DNA from: Piedraia hortae CBS 480.64
Lineage: Eukaryota
DNA length: 64,000 nt
Reading direction: 5' to 3'
Assembly (NCBI GenBank): GCA_010093745.1
Contig: MU006002.1
Span: 62,001 to 126,000, forward strand
Shown piece after piece: positions 24,037 through 36,290 of this stretch (position 1 is the first letter of the stretch; every line of letters begins with the position of its first letter). The translations under genes were made by a program, and so were the position numbers. The notes beneath the pieces were generated by a model, which saw only the letters and a list, made by a program, of their open reading frames with translations, did no database searches and was not told where the DNA came from.

Positions 24037-25177
24037 ATGGACATAATCACAATCCACGATTATCAGCCGCCCATCGGGATTACGTGACACAGGTGCGCGC
24101 ACTGCGTGTCTAAGAATGCTAAATTACTCCAGTGCAGCGGTTGCAACGTGTGCGGTACTGCAACCGGGTGCACCATGTTACGCACTATCCGAAGCACAAA
24201 GCAAAATGCAGCCAGATCCGCAAGTCGCGTGCCAAGGTGGCCAAAGAAGACCGACTGGTCTGCAACGCGGAAGAAGACTTCATGACGCCCGCCAACGCGT
24301 GTAAGACACGTGGGCTATTTCTGGGCCATTCTCAACACGCGCAACTACATGCGAGCGCGTTTCAATCTAGCCTACATGCAGCTCACAGCCACGTACACTC
24401 TGGACGGCATCCACGAGGGACTCCAGCACATGGAAGAATTGTTGACACTATGCCGTAGCGACAGTCTTGGCTTCTGCATGTACATCCCCGCCTAAACGCT
24501 CTGACTGGACCGCGACCGCGACATCTACGACATCATTAAATGGTGGGAGACGTGCGACCCTGACGGCCGCTACGACTGGGGCGACATGACCCTCCCCTAC
24601 ATCAAACATCCACGGCGCGAACGTATTCGAGGAACTCAACTGGCTTAAAGATAGATACAGCGACCTCTCCCACGCAGCTGCCATGCTCCTCCTCAATCTC
24701 AAACTCCTCATTGATATCCGCTCTATCCGCCTCACGTGTGCCCTCTTCGCCCATCTCAACAATCACTCCGTTGAACTAGTCCGTCTCGTCGAGATATTCG
24801 CAATCTGCAGCCCCATCTCGCGCACCTTTCTCAACCTCTCCCCAAACGAACTTTTGGCGATGCAGAAAAAACTCGCTCGCCGTGCATGCTTCATCGCGAA
24901 CGCCGTCAACAACCGCAATGAATACTTCCTCCCAGCCCTCCTCGATCCTGAGGATTCTCTTGGGCAGATGATGGAAATGTATACCAATCAAGGCCCTGAT
25001 GAGGCTGCCATGGCTGTGCAGATTGAGTATCCTGTCTGGTATTCCACCGCGGGCGCACTGGATCTGATTTATGCGTGTTTGGGGAAGTCGCGTGATAAGG
25101 ATCATGTTTGTGCGTGTTTGTTCAATGGACATGATGTTGCGGGTATGATGGAATTGTATCTCAATGACGTCGTGTAG
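24037..25177 (+). pseudogene. MYND zinc-finger protein pseudogene
   Basis: CAHC...LLQCSGC/VRYCNRVH...HKAKC MYND finger, then GYFWAILNTRNYMRARF, LCRSDSLG and DIYDIIKWW, with several in-frame stops and frameshifts. Confidence 0.8.
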
Positions 25178-26084
25178 AGAGGTTCGTCGTTGAAGAGGAG
25201 GGTGGTGAAGACTGAGCATTTTGAACGCGAGACGGGAAGACTAAGGAGTCGAAGGGTAGGGCTAAGAAGGGGAGGAGGTAGGATTTCATTGTTATGGGCG
25301 TTGTAGTGTGGGTATACCCTAGCTGGTAGCTCGGTAGTTGAGTTTGTCAATGAGAGGCTTGTTGTTAATCGTTGCGCTTCTGGACTGCCTTTGACGAGGT
25401 CATGGTGGATAGATAGCAAGGTAGCTGGGCACAGCATGCAACTGATAGGTTAAACTTCGTGCTGCACATGTACCTAGTCAGCAAAAGCATGCTTAATGTA
25501 AAGTGTTCTTGAATGAAAACTCGGCCGCGAAAGCTCAAAATAGATGTGACTTATATACGACGACGTGCGACTGGTAATCGTCCGTGGGGGAATGTGTGAC
25601 GCTTGACGTTTCAAGTTTGGATCGTGCACGTAGATACACATGCAACGGTTTATGCTTTCGTCCAGCACCAAAGTAGGTATATACCACTCTGTTTGCATCA
25701 TGTTTAACGGAGTCGTGCTGCGATATTTCTTCAAACTTGAGATTGCTCGATTCGATTCAGATAGAAACTCGTGAGAAATGGCTGTTTAGGTCTTTTGCCA
25801 GGGTCAATACTGGGTCATCTCCGCTTGATGTTTTTGTGTTGACGGGAGGCATACATGGTGCAAAAGGCAAGGTTCGGAGGTAGGTTAATCGATAAGTGCT
25901 TTTGTGACATCTCACCCGCTTCATGCAGTGCGATAGACGTGGTTGGCCACCACGAATGATTGGTATTTACCATGCACAAGTAGACGTTCTCGAACTGGGT
26001 GGGGGAGATTTAAGGCGATAAACGATAAAAATCATTGATTGACATCCTCCAAGCTGCATTACATGATAATCATAATTGTGATTG

Positions 26085-26785
26085 CTAACGGCCCCTTGCC
26101 CACCTTGCAAGTTGTGTATAAGTGCCGTAAAACCTGTCTTTGTCACCGTACGGGGTGTCCCGTGAGCCGTTATTCCATTTTGCATACTGAAAGATGGTAT
26201 ACCTCGGCCAACCACCTGGAATGGGTCCGATCTTCCCATTGTCGTAGTTGGAGAGCCAAAGCGGATTTGCATGGAACGCATTTGAATTTCCAATGCAGTC
26301 GCTCCAGACATTATACCGGGTGTTGATGACTGGATGGCGGCCAACAAGGCGGTAGTATTCGTCCGAGTAGCGACGAACCCAGTCTTCTGTAAAGAGTGTA
26401 CTACAATTCTCGATGTCCACAGCGCCGGGCATAATGCGACCACCAGGAGTCCAGCCCCCTCCATGGGCTACGAAAGTCCGTGCTGAAACCACTGGATCTT
26501 GAAACCCGTACACGAAATGGTAGGCGCCACGTATAAGGCCAGCCTCGCCTGCTTTGCGCCAATGCTCGTGAAATAGAGGATCCGGATCGTGGATACCGTC
26601 CAAAGCCTTGATGTACACAAATTTCTGATCGCCATACTGTTGAGCCGCGCTGTAATCAACTTTTTCAACGTACTCAGAAACGTCGAAGCCTTCAACCCCA
26701 GTTGGCTCATTAGGATCACCCGGCCCGGTTGGGCAGGAATAGCAGTAACAACTGCCACCAAGGCAAGAATAATATTGAGCTTCAT
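26085..26785 (-). pseudogene. GH25 (Chalaropsis-type) lysozyme/muramidase with a single frameshift
   Basis: Signal peptide MKLNIILALVAVVTAIP in one frame; GFDVS, FVYIKA, RGAYHF, PGAVDIE, NPLWLS, FQY and GDKDRFYG in another; a CCGGG duplication at 26719-26728 explains the shift. Confidence 0.85.
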
Positions 26786-27756
26786 GTCGAAGCGATTGGA
26801 ATGTTCGATTCACGGTGTCTGTTGGACACGGAGTTAAGGACTAAATAGTCGTTCTACCTTGATCATCACACCCCTCATCCTTCAAGCCATGAAATCACAT
26901 CCTTCCTACAATCTCAAGGAGCCCAGAAGCCATGAGTCTGGAAGGAAGGGTCGAGATCATACAATTCTGAAGATGGCCCCGGTCGATGTCCGAATCCGGC
27001 CAGGCTTAGTAAGGCTGAATGTTCACCGTTTCAGCCTCTTGGTAACGTTTAGTTGACGATAACTCAGTCTCGATGCAAGGCTGTGTGAACTGCACGCTGG
27101 GTGGTCGCCTGCGCAAGCTAATGCATGCTTACTGCAATGACCGTCCAGACAATATGATCAACTTATATTTGTTTTGATGGGGTTCGACGCCAAGGAGGGA
27201 ACTGCCTTGCAAGGCGCAGCAGCTGCTGTAAGGGCCCAGGGTTCAGTAGTAGCCTGTGGCGTAAAGTCTGAATTGCTTCTAGAGGATTCACGGGAATAGG
27301 GATCGTCCAATCTAGAAGTCACAATAAAGCGTTAAGCGATGGTGAACCGTGAGTGGTCGAGATAGTGATTAGAAGGCTGGCCTAAGCTGCGGAGGATCGA
27401 ATAGGGGTTCAATGCAGTGAAAGCCTGCTGTGATCAATAGGATTCAGTTAAAGGGGACGAACTGATAGTGTGAGTACACTAAGACATGAATAATCGTATT
27501 GTTATATATGCTGCATACATGAAAGGACGTTGTTCATGGTCATCACGTGACACATCCTTCAACTGATTCACTACCTCGGCCTGATTCGATCGGGTAACGC
27601 CAAACGGGAGGGTCGAGGTTCATTTCTAGGAAAGAGACAATCGCGCACTTTGTTTTTTTACCTTCAACTGAATTGGAACATACCAAGCAAATCTATAGGC
27701 AATCTAAGAGCTGATATCCGGAAATGACATGGATGCAGACATAACATGGGTGTGTG

Positions 27757-28203
27757 TAGGGCTGTTGAGACAGCAAATAGAAATGAATAGTAGGGCTTCC
27801 AGGCATCAACCCCAAACATCAAAGGCCGGCCCGACCCTGAAAATCACTGAAAGTTGGTGTTTGAGGAAGGTCAATTTGGATTATACCGTAGTAACTGGAG
27901 AGTAAGGCGTTTTAGTTAGCGTACTCCATCGAAAGTAGCGCCTTTTCGCAACTTCATGTATACGTCATAATGACTGAAGAATAGGGTAAACTTGTTTGCA
28001 TGCCTCACCAAGCATAGCGCCCGCTTCAGCCATTCAAATGGTACCAGAACCCATTTAAGAACGGGAGCTAGGCCTGATTAGACACGCTAACTAAAACGGT
28101 ATCAGCTGTTCCGCGTAATCCCGGGTCGGATCGATCCGTGAAGCCCGAAGAAGGTGCCTGAATGCCCCACTATTTATTCCTATTTACTTTCTTAACAGCC
28201 CGA
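27757..28203. mobile_element. Non-autonomous hAT-like element (MITE), 447 bp
   Basis: About 50-bp imperfect TIRs (TAGGGCTGTTGAGACAGCAAATAG... versus reverse complement TCGGGCTGTTAAGAAAGTAAATAG...), perfect internal 15-bp inverted repeat (27908-27922/28084-28098), and 8-bp flanks GGTGTGTG/GGTGCGTC (6/8). Confidence 0.8.
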
Positions 28204-28438
28204 GGTGCGTCAATACCGTCTATATCACGTCAGGTATCTAAATTTGGGAAACATGGGCACCCTCATCCACACAACAATTACAAATGCATATCCCAAGTCC
28301 GAAGGATGGTTCTCGCCAAGAACTGTGTCCCTTAAAATTCTGTAAGCAGCGTGAGTGGTCTAATAGCAATAATTTCATGCTTAAGTCGCAATTTAACTTT
28401 ACACCTCCTCCCCTATTCGCCACTTGCCCCTGAATCGC

Positions 28439-30820
28439 CTAAAAGCTGTGGTCTCTGCCTTTTTCTGCTCTATTTGGCCTAAGCATGGAAACAAGTGTAA
28501 ACACCGCCTTTGTCCTCGTCAATCTTTCAATCGGCCTGGAATGTGAGCCTGTTAAGCTACAGCTCGCGTCTTGGTTCGAAAGACTTTTCACTGTCAATAG
28601 TAGTGTGATGAACTTCTCATCTGCAGGATGCGTGGGTGTGTGTTTTCCCGCAATCGGGAGCTCAGGGCTTGATATGGCACGATGGAGCGGTAATACGAAT
28701 GTGTATCTTGGAAGAGGTAATGTAAAACTGAGGTTCAACGGCGGCTTCTCACCGCTCGACCGCAGAAGATCGAGATACTTTAGAAAATACCTCAAATTCA
28801 CATCGCGCCTTCGTCGATTGCCTGAACGTCGGAAGGTTGTGATAGAGGTACTCCAACACTGTTGTGCATGTATTCAATTCGAAAAGCTACACGAATGGGA
28901 AGATGACATGGCGAACTGATCTCAATCAATACTCCCCCTACTCTATATCCTAGCAGATCTTCATGTAGACCCGGTACTCTAGACCAAATAACATCAGAAA
29001 ACAAAGCCCAAAGCTTACAAGTGCATAACCCGCGCGACATCTTTCCTCTTCATAGTTTCCGCCACCTCGTTTGGAGGAAAGCCATCTGTACAGACACCAT
29101 CCAACCAATTACGTGAGGAAAAAGAGGCGTAAGAACATCAGGCTGTGCTCTATGGAAAGAAGTCCCACCAGACGGACGACGAGATCTGCGGCCATGAACT
29201 GAGTTTCCATGAAGGCAATTCACAGAAGTGTAAACATTTCGTGAAGTTGTGCTTGATGTAATGCTAGTGCACTCCAGAATTGGAGTGATTTGATTGGGCT
29301 TTTTGGAAAGAATTCTCATCAGACGGACGGGGAGACCTGCAGCCATTGACTGAGCCTATATGAAGAAAGTCTGCAGAGGAGGAAATTCATGGCGATAATG
29401 TGTTGGGTGCAATGCCACTGTGCTCCTGAACCGAGATAAATCGTGGAAGGCACGCCTTGATATAAATGGCGACTTCTGCAGCCACGATCTGAGAGTTCAC
29501 GCTGCAGCAGTCACGATATGGAACCTGGTGCCTTCGACATAGCTTGAATTTTGGAAAACGTTTGAAGCTGGTTGGGAATGCTGAACGAGGAGTTGAGAGT
29601 GAGAACAACGAGGAATTGCCTGAACGCGATGCGTCACGTCGCGGATTATGCTATCCTTATAACTGTTTTGTGCCTTACGGAAGAGCTAACTACGCTATGG
29701 GCTGGAGGTGAGGTGTTGGGTCACGTGGCTGCGATATGGTTCCATGACACGATGCAAGGTGCTAATGCCGTTCAGGATGTTGTACCAATGAAGCATTATG
29801 TGGATCCGCTAGTGAGTGTGGTGCCAGTGTACTCTTCGCAGAATCGGAAGAAGGCTGAATTCCGAAAAAATTTCCATTGGGATGGATTTCATGATGTGTG
29901 CTTCTTCCGATCATCGACCTAATAAACCGACTCGACCCAGGACGCATTAGCGGGTCAATATCGCCTGACTCACAATGGTCTCCTTCATGCCCTGTGTTGT
30001 CTTATCTTGCCGCTTGACATTTACGGGTCTTGCTCGTCACCTCGATTATGCAAAACTAATATTCAGTGCATCTTTCTGGGAGCAAAATTCAAGCAAAGCT
30101 TTCAGGGGATATGACGGGAAGAGTGCTCGTATAGCCTACACGTCGTAAACATTGAATGCGAGTGGGCGCGTCCCTTTTGGATAGCACGCACAGCTTGATG
30201 GCGTTCATGATGCCCTATTGTCCAGGGAACATCTCTTGCTTCATCTTATCGACGGTCTTCCATTGAAAGTAATCATCCGGCTTGACACGAGCTCGTGCGC
30301 GCCGCAACGCAATGCTTTTAGGAATAATGAGAGGATAGTTTTCCGTGTGCAGCCGGCTCTGTACGGAAAGACTGATGCAGCCGCCAGTGACGAGCATGTC
30401 CACACCGCTGTGAAGATAATGCCGATTATTGATATACTGGTCTCAACGTAAGAATGATTGCATGCACGTCTTCAGCGCTGTGGGTGCCAGGAGGTTGAGT
30501 CTTTGCCTCTGATCCTGTGGGGTGGAGCAGGCGTCTCCTTACCCTTCATCACCTGCAACAGACATATGACGGAGCTCATTTCATTACTTCCATTGTCACT
30601 TTCATTTGCGTGTTGTAGAGGAACTTGGAAGCCAAGCAGTACATATTGCGAAAGTTCCCCTAGTGTGGCTCGTCGAATCGAAAGTGGCCTCGCACAAGAT
30701 GTGAGCAACGATTGCATAAGCATAACAGATGAAGAGAGCTAGAAAACCCATCGGATGATTGAGGGAATAACTCTCGGTTAGTCCGTCTAAAGAGCGGGGC
30801 TTGCCTATGTCGGGAAGCAA
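28439..30820 (-). pseudogene. Unidentified degenerate coding relic
   Basis: Run of co-oriented protein-like minus-strand fragments separated by stops; no family recognised. Confidence 0.25.
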
Positions 30821-32308
30821 AGACCCAGCCAGACAAATAACGCTGCAGACAAGCGACTCCTAGTGAGTGCCTGCAGGTGGGAGAGACCGGACGCGGCCAT
30901 CTCCGATTGTCCTAACATTCTTTTCATAATTTATTGAAACTCGCAATGTTGTCGTGGAACATTGTTTATATAGTTGAATTTGAGTCGCGAAGTTTATAAA
31001 AGATGTGGTAACCTGCGACAGGGTCCATCATGTCAGTATCGATCTTCGACGTGGCTTTGGAGGAAGTTTGCCGTGGCGTTGCGTTTTATAGTCAATGCAC
31101 CAGAACGCTTGAAGACTGTAATTAGGGGAGAATGTGGCTCTTAAAGAGGGGAAGTTTTTGAGTGCGTGATTGACCAAATGGCAGCAGACATGTCACTTGC
31201 CTATCAATTTTTGTGTGTAGATGAGAGAGCAAACAAGGAAGGAGTACGGTCCTTTCCAACTTCTTTTGTTCTAGCTTTGCATGTTATCAGCGTTAAAGAG
31301 CAAAAGACTTCAAAGATTTGCTTGAGGACAAACGATGGACCACTTTTATAGATCCCTATGGTAGGATGTGAGTACCGAAAAAATATGCGCCTCACCAGCC
31401 TCGGGAAAGCCCAATAAAAAGCTTATTTGCGTACAAATAACTTATCAAACTTTCACCCTAAACACATCGTCTGGAACATTCTGTATGTCCGAGCTGTTCG
31501 TGTGGGAAACTATGGTCGAACTGCAGTGTACGCATTTCGTCATTAAGAAGGGCCCATCACAGGGGGTAAGTTGGCAAACCTGAACCAAGCTGTAAATTGG
31601 GGAAGGGCGTGCCATTGCTGGGAGAGTGAGCTTCTGCCTAGCTCGTATATGTGAATGTCTAATTAGTCTAAAAAACGCTATGATCTGCGGATATCCTAAG
31701 AGGCGTAAGCTATCATACGCCCTAAGCGTTGCGAATTACTTCCCTCGCCACGGGATCAATGCTGTGCAAGGGCATAGTACAATTTTGCCGTGCTGAAAGA
31801 ATCGCTAGATAAATAGCCCTCGTCTTTCCCTAGGGATTGCGCAAGAGTCATATCGCAACGTCTTGCTTTCCAAGTAGGACAACTTTAACAAATTTTCAAA
31901 GGAAAAAGAGAGGTCATACTAATTCCGCTAAAGCGTTGCGTCCGCTGCGGCAGAGTTCAGGAATTGATTGGACAACTTCCGGCGCCACGTTGATGATGAG
32001 CCGAACTAACAGATGCACGTCATTGGATTAACACTACCGCGTGAAATGTGGGATCCTGAAAGATTAGAGGATCTCTGAAAATAGGGCGTTCTAGATGCAG
32101 GAAGCAGCCCCTGAAATGACGTTTACGACGTTGATTGGCTTATGGAGCGGCCCGCTACCCGCTGCAACTGACATGCCGTCGCCGACGACGTAGCCAGGCG
32201 GGCGTTGATGGAACAAGAAGAGCTGCCTGCCGTGTAACTGCTACCCAAACTGCTGCACCGTGTTGAGCTGGCCGCTGACCATCCAAAAACACTTGAGAAT
32301 CTTAGCGC

Positions 32309-35250
32309 ATGTGGACGAGAGAAGCAGAGAGAGATGTTGAGGGGCGGCACCGGCGACTCTCGTCATCGGTCAAGCGGAACGGATCAGAAGTGAAGATGGA
32401 GAACGGCGGGCGGAGACAGAGCCGAGTTGCAAGCTTCGGTCATGCGCGGTGGTCCGATTCGAGCGCGTCGTCGAGTGGCGGTCCAAAGACATTCCTGCTG
32501 GGCGACGCGTCGCCATCCAAACATGTGGCGAGCAATGGCGGCGCCGCTGACATTCCGCCAGCACAGCCTGAGCTGTTCCGCGACTCGTTCACCGTCTCTT
32601 CCTCGTGGCACACGGCAGATGCGGCTGACTCGGTGCCTCCGACCTCCGTTCTTGCCACACCGCCAGCTCAGTCTCCACGGGCTCGGGACTACTTTGATGA
32701 AGACGCCTTCTCTCCGCACAGTAAGCGGCCGCTTGGCTCGCGGACGAACATGGCCGAGGCACCAGAACAGCAGGGCGTGAAAGGGCAGGTGAATGGGCAA
32801 AGCGCACAGCACCAGAATGCCATATATGAAAGGCGAAGAAGCTCACAGGTCACGCGACGCGGGTCGCGCGAGGCCAAAGAAGCTGTCAAGAAGGCGCTGC
32901 TATCCAAGGCATTACAGAAAGCGAACACAGCCGTCCTCCTCGACAATGCTCAAAACTTTCAAGGCGCGCTGGACGCTTACGAGGATGCCTGCAGACTCCT
33001 TGGGCAGGTCATGGACCGGACTTCGGGCCCCGATGACTTCCAGAAGCTCGACGATGTTCGCGCTACCTACCTGACTCGCATTGCCGAGCTGCACGAGGTC
33101 GAGCTGCAGCCATTCGATGTCGACGACAAAGTGCTTCCAGCCCGGCCTATGAGTGACGATAGCTTGGTCCCGAGCCTCAGCCACGCTAGCCCACCCGAAA
33201 TTGGTCTAGCCAGTCCGGCCGAGCTTGGTCGTGTGAAGCCAGAGGATGAGTGCGATTCGTTCTTCTCTTCGGGCAGCCCGGGGCAAAGGAAGACGTCGGC
33301 TAGCTCCAAACTGGACGATAGATTGGCACAGTCCCGTCCAACACAGCGTATACCGCGGAAACCCATTATGCCCCGACCTCTGGGCTGGTGCGAGGAAGAA
33401 CTCGAATTGGCTGAGCCGGGCTCCGCAGAATTCGGACAAGATGCCGGTACTTGGCTCGACACTGCGGAGAATCCCGCAGTGCAGGAGCCGGTGGTTGACT
33501 ACCAGCAAGTTTCGAAGCCGTCCATTGCCATGCCACTCGTAAAAGATTATGCCGAGGATGCAGTCAATGAACTGGATGAAGCCGACGAGGAAGAGCGCAT
33601 ACTTGACGACTTCACTCAAAACTACTCATCTGGCTTCAACCTTGACCTCTCCACCTCATTCATGACGCCAAGAAAGTCCGACTCAAGTGCTTTGTCCAGG
33701 AGTACATGGCAAAGCTCACAGGCATCCGCAGACCGTACCTTGGGTTCATCGTTGTCTACCGTAGCTGAGGATGCCCATCCTGTGCGGAATCCCATGCGTG
33801 GATCCATTGCGTCTATTAGAGAGCATATTTCGAATCTGCCTAATCGAGGTCCGGGAGTGCGGAATATAAGGGGCTCAGGCGGGTCAAAGGGTCATATTCC
33901 TGCAGTGTCTGGCCTAAGAAGATCATCTGTTGTGAGCGTGACCCGGATGGAAGACAACGAGACACCCAAGCCACAGCAGCCAGAAGCCTCCAAGCTCCTA
34001 TCGCCGCCCTCCCTTGATCTCCGTAGCGCGTCGTCAGATAATGGCCTCCGTCTTCGTACCTCTACCCTTCCAGGCGTGCGCCAGAGCTTTGAAGAGGTGT
34101 CTCTCCCAAGGGAAGTCATCCCTCGGCCTGGTCTGTTGAGGCAGAACAAATCATCCATTAACCTCCGGGAACAAAGTATTCCGCCCACATCTCCCGAGCA
34201 AGATGCCGTACCTCCGCTGGCGATGCCCATGGGCTCTGGCTTCCACGGCCTCAAGCAGCGCGGCAATAGCAACGCCGACTTTCTCCGCAGCGCCACCTCC
34301 CACGGCGACTCTCAGCCAACGGGGGGATCCTACCTCTTTGACACGTCCCTCAAAGCTCATTCCGCTCACTCCCCTTCCTCCTTCATGGCACCAGCCGCGT
34401 TGGAGCCCTGTCCAGAAAGCAGCCTTCTCAGGCCTTATTGGCTAATGAGGACTATTCTCTCCACACTGATCCACCCGCAAGGAGGCTTCATCACCACACA
34501 GCTCTTCATTCCGCGCGAGGCCTGGCTTACGCGGGGCGTTAAACTGAGGCATATTGAAGACAAAATCGCAAATATTGATCTTCTCACCGCTTCCCTCTCG
34601 CGACTGAACCCAAACGAAACTTCAGATGTGCAAACGATCATTGCAGAGCTCTCATCGGTAGAAGAGGTCATGGATCGCGTCCGTAGCGCTCTCACCAAAC
34701 GTCTCGGCAACGATGTCGGAGGCCGCACCGTCACCGCCGACAATGGTGAAGTCGCACCTACCACAAGCCGCGGCAAGAGCGGCTACGGCTACCTCTCCTC
34801 GTGGAAGAAGCTGCGCGGCAAGAGCTCGACCAAAGACCAACAGAGCGGGTTCAAGGAGAGGGGCGTCCGTATGGGAAGCGTGCCCATGATTGCTATTCCC
34901 GGCGCTGTCGTCACCCCTACGACCTCTGCAACATCTTCCTTTGAAGGCCCCCAGAAGGAATACATGGGCTCACTTGTCAGGCTATTCTCAAAGGTTCCGG
35001 TTTTAGGTAAGAAGTGTATTAGTATGCTTCGCTTCGGGGCTAGGCTGACGGTGACGGCACAGAAAATTTGGCAAGACAGGCAGAAGACCCAGATGCCAAG
35101 TTCCCGACATCAGTCGCGCTGGAGCTGGAGATTTCAGCGAGACATGCTGCCGAGTTCTTTGCGTTTTATATCTGTCGTTTCGTACTCAGTGATCTTGGTC
35201 TTCTCATGGATAAGTTTGTGAAGAGGGGCGGAGAGTATGTTCTCGCATAA
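32309..35250 (+). CDS. Fungal MIT-domain protein
   Basis: MIT helices KALQKANTAVLLDNAQNF..ALDAYEDACRLL; conserved-looking C-terminal RPYWLMR...HPQGGFIT..LFIPREAW; intron 35007-35062 joins last exon ending DKFVKRGGEYVLA. Start codon uncertain. Confidence 0.85.
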
Positions 35251-36290
35251 GAGAGAGGGCGTTTGGAGATATTTGGAGGAGGGTGAACTTCTTCGTCTAT
35301 GTGTAAATGTACAGAGGGCTTCCGACTTTTGTTAAGGGATGGAGGCGTAGAATTGTAGAGTACACGAATCAAATGGATCTGCATTGATCCCTGTCACGAC
35401 CATGGACGGGCTTGATCTACCAAAGTTGAGAATGAAGGTCGAGCAACCTGATTCGGAGCTGGTGGGCTAGTTCAAATGGAGCTCAGTGCTAACATGAGGA
35501 GGGCGATGGCGATATTCACAAGCTGTTCTCACACGGCTACGCTTCGGAAACCAAATTTTTAAGGGCGAATAAACGTTCAGCTCTTGATGTTGTGATAGCT
35601 ACAAGGATTTATCGAAGACGAGTTTCAATGGGAAGCATTGCATGCTACCGGGAACGCCCGTTCAAGGTGGGTGGGCAGAGCAAATTTGCTGTGCGGTTTG
35701 TGCACACTTAATACTCTTGATGGATGTATGATGCACCGCCAGTCTATAATAGGACCTCTCATCGGAAGTTTTCCGAAAGGTTGTCTCAACAAAGCTCCGA
35801 TCAAAACTTCAGCGCATCTCGCAATGACATGTGGAGTCACGATTCTCTCTTCAAACAATGTAGTTGAAATGACTCTCTTGAGTGCCTTCACAAGTCAAAG
35901 TGACGGCTCTCACCACCTATAATTAACTACCACGTGCGCGCATCGGCAACGATCATCATCGAATGTGGCTTAGTGCGGGGTTGGGATCGACGCTTACCGC
36001 CGTGGGCAGCTGCGCCTAATCGAACCCCGCTTCATCAGATGGCGATAGCAATAAACGATGATTGGAGGCTGTGTAGATTCCGTGTTCATTTCCCATGGCC
36101 GCCACCATACACAGGTCTATCCTTGAGCACCCCTGCACAGGGGTGCGCTCAAAGGCCTCGGCATCACGCCGCTTCCGTTCCGAGTGCCAATTGAACGGCG
36201 TCTAGAGAGTTTTTGTTAACGGTGGTCCTCAAGCCGCCACTCTCACGGTCCTAGCACCTCCGCTTGCTCAAAGTCTTGACAAAAAGGAAG

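Noticed and set aside
26705..26718. 14-nt GTGATCCTAATGAG segment whose removal would also restore the GH25 frame
   Set aside because: Far below the 42-nt minimum intron seen here; the 5-bp duplication is a simpler explanation.
27227..27514. Possible additional solo LTR flanked by GCTGC
   Set aside because: Right end is not CA and there is no second copy.
31993..32079. Possible C/D box snoRNA (ATGATGA...CTGA)
   Set aside because: No terminal stem or recognisable rRNA-complementary guide found.
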